From NCBI GenBank assembly GCA_048128005.1, contig JBEUKZ010000009.1, positions 372,001-436,000 of the forward strand: a stretch of 64,000 nucleotides of DNA, in the 5' to 3' direction. How positions within the stretch are numbered: the first letter of the stretch is position 1; every line of letters starts with the position of its first letter. This stretch comes from Veleropilina oligotropha (taxonomy: Eukaryota). Under the pieces are notes generated by a model that ran no database searches, was not told the DNA's origin, and saw nothing but the letters and a program-made list of their open reading frames with translations. The position numbers and the translations under genes are program-made. Below are positions 63,101 to 64,000 of this stretch, one piece after another.

Positions 63101-64000
63101 ACGCCTATTAGGTAACACCCCCTACACAGATGAAGCTGAATTGCTCATGTCAACAGCAGAGCCTAGTTCAGTAGTTGGCCTTATTTACTAGATGCTCAAA
63201 TTAGAAACAGAAAGATATTTCAAAGTTCATTTTGTAATTGTTTTGATGAAACAGGGACTTTATTATGGAAACGATGTACTAATATAGTACTCCTCGTAAA
63301 TTGAAGTATATGAACAAAGATTCTGTATTCTTATTTTTGTAAAAATGGCAGCAAATGGGTGATAACTGCAGATAAATTTGACTGTCAAAGAGGTTAAACA
63401 GTTACAACTCCATAAAATTCATACAGTATAGTTTGTCACCAGACTAAATTTAAATCAACTCATTTTGTGTTTTATATTGTTATGCAATGAATGAATGATA
63501 AGACTTTCAATAAATAGTATTACACAAAGTCAACATCTTTCCTTCTAAAGTATTAAATCACAATGTCAAAATAAATATTATAGTATGTACAATTTCTACA
63601 TTGTTCCAATAGTATCTGAATAATTATTTAATGTGTTAATAATTATACAATGAAAACACTCTCAGTCCACATTAATTCCCATAAAATATTAGATCACAAC
63701 TAACATATTAAACCGCATTCCACGTCGGTAATTAATGACTAGTTTATCCATAATGACCTATGGACATAACTTAATGGACATCAAAAACAGGACAAATCAG
63801 GAAACATAGACGATGATGTACACGTGATGGCTACGACGTCTACCCATCACCTTATTGGCGATCCCTTCATGGCACGGTGATCAAATCACAATCAACGGTT
63901 TGAGAGTAAACAGGGAACAAAATCACTACAATATGCACCATTGGTTAATGCGAACATGAACGTGACATCACACCGCATTATTACATGCCCAAACGACCGG

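Overview
AT-rich eukaryotic (animal, probably lophotrochozoan such as mollusc or annelid; inferred from the repeat content) genomic DNA. The main gene is a + strand, intron-rich MGAT4A/B-like alpha-1,3-mannosyl-glycoprotein 4-beta-N-acetylglucosaminyltransferase (GnT-IV, GT54). I traced 11 phase-compatible coding exons from 13668 to the stop at 49117, but did not find the N-terminal transmembrane/stem exons in the window. The rest is a dense, often nested set of mobile elements. These include the 3' end of a DIRS tyrosine-recombinase retrotransposon (intact YR ORF, ICR and terminal repeat) and a frameshifted piggyBac with TIRs and TTAA nested in a Tigger/pogo-like element. There are also Tc1/mariner and Kolobok-type MITEs, many Helentron/HINE (pearl-like) elements with ~145-156 bp core arrays, two tRNA-SINE families, CR1-group LINE 3' fragments and several minisatellites. 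The most unusual pattern is five non-coding elements of dissimilar sequence that share one architecture: a long imperfect terminal hairpin plus a second short inverted-repeat pair. Most short ORFs in the track are artefacts.
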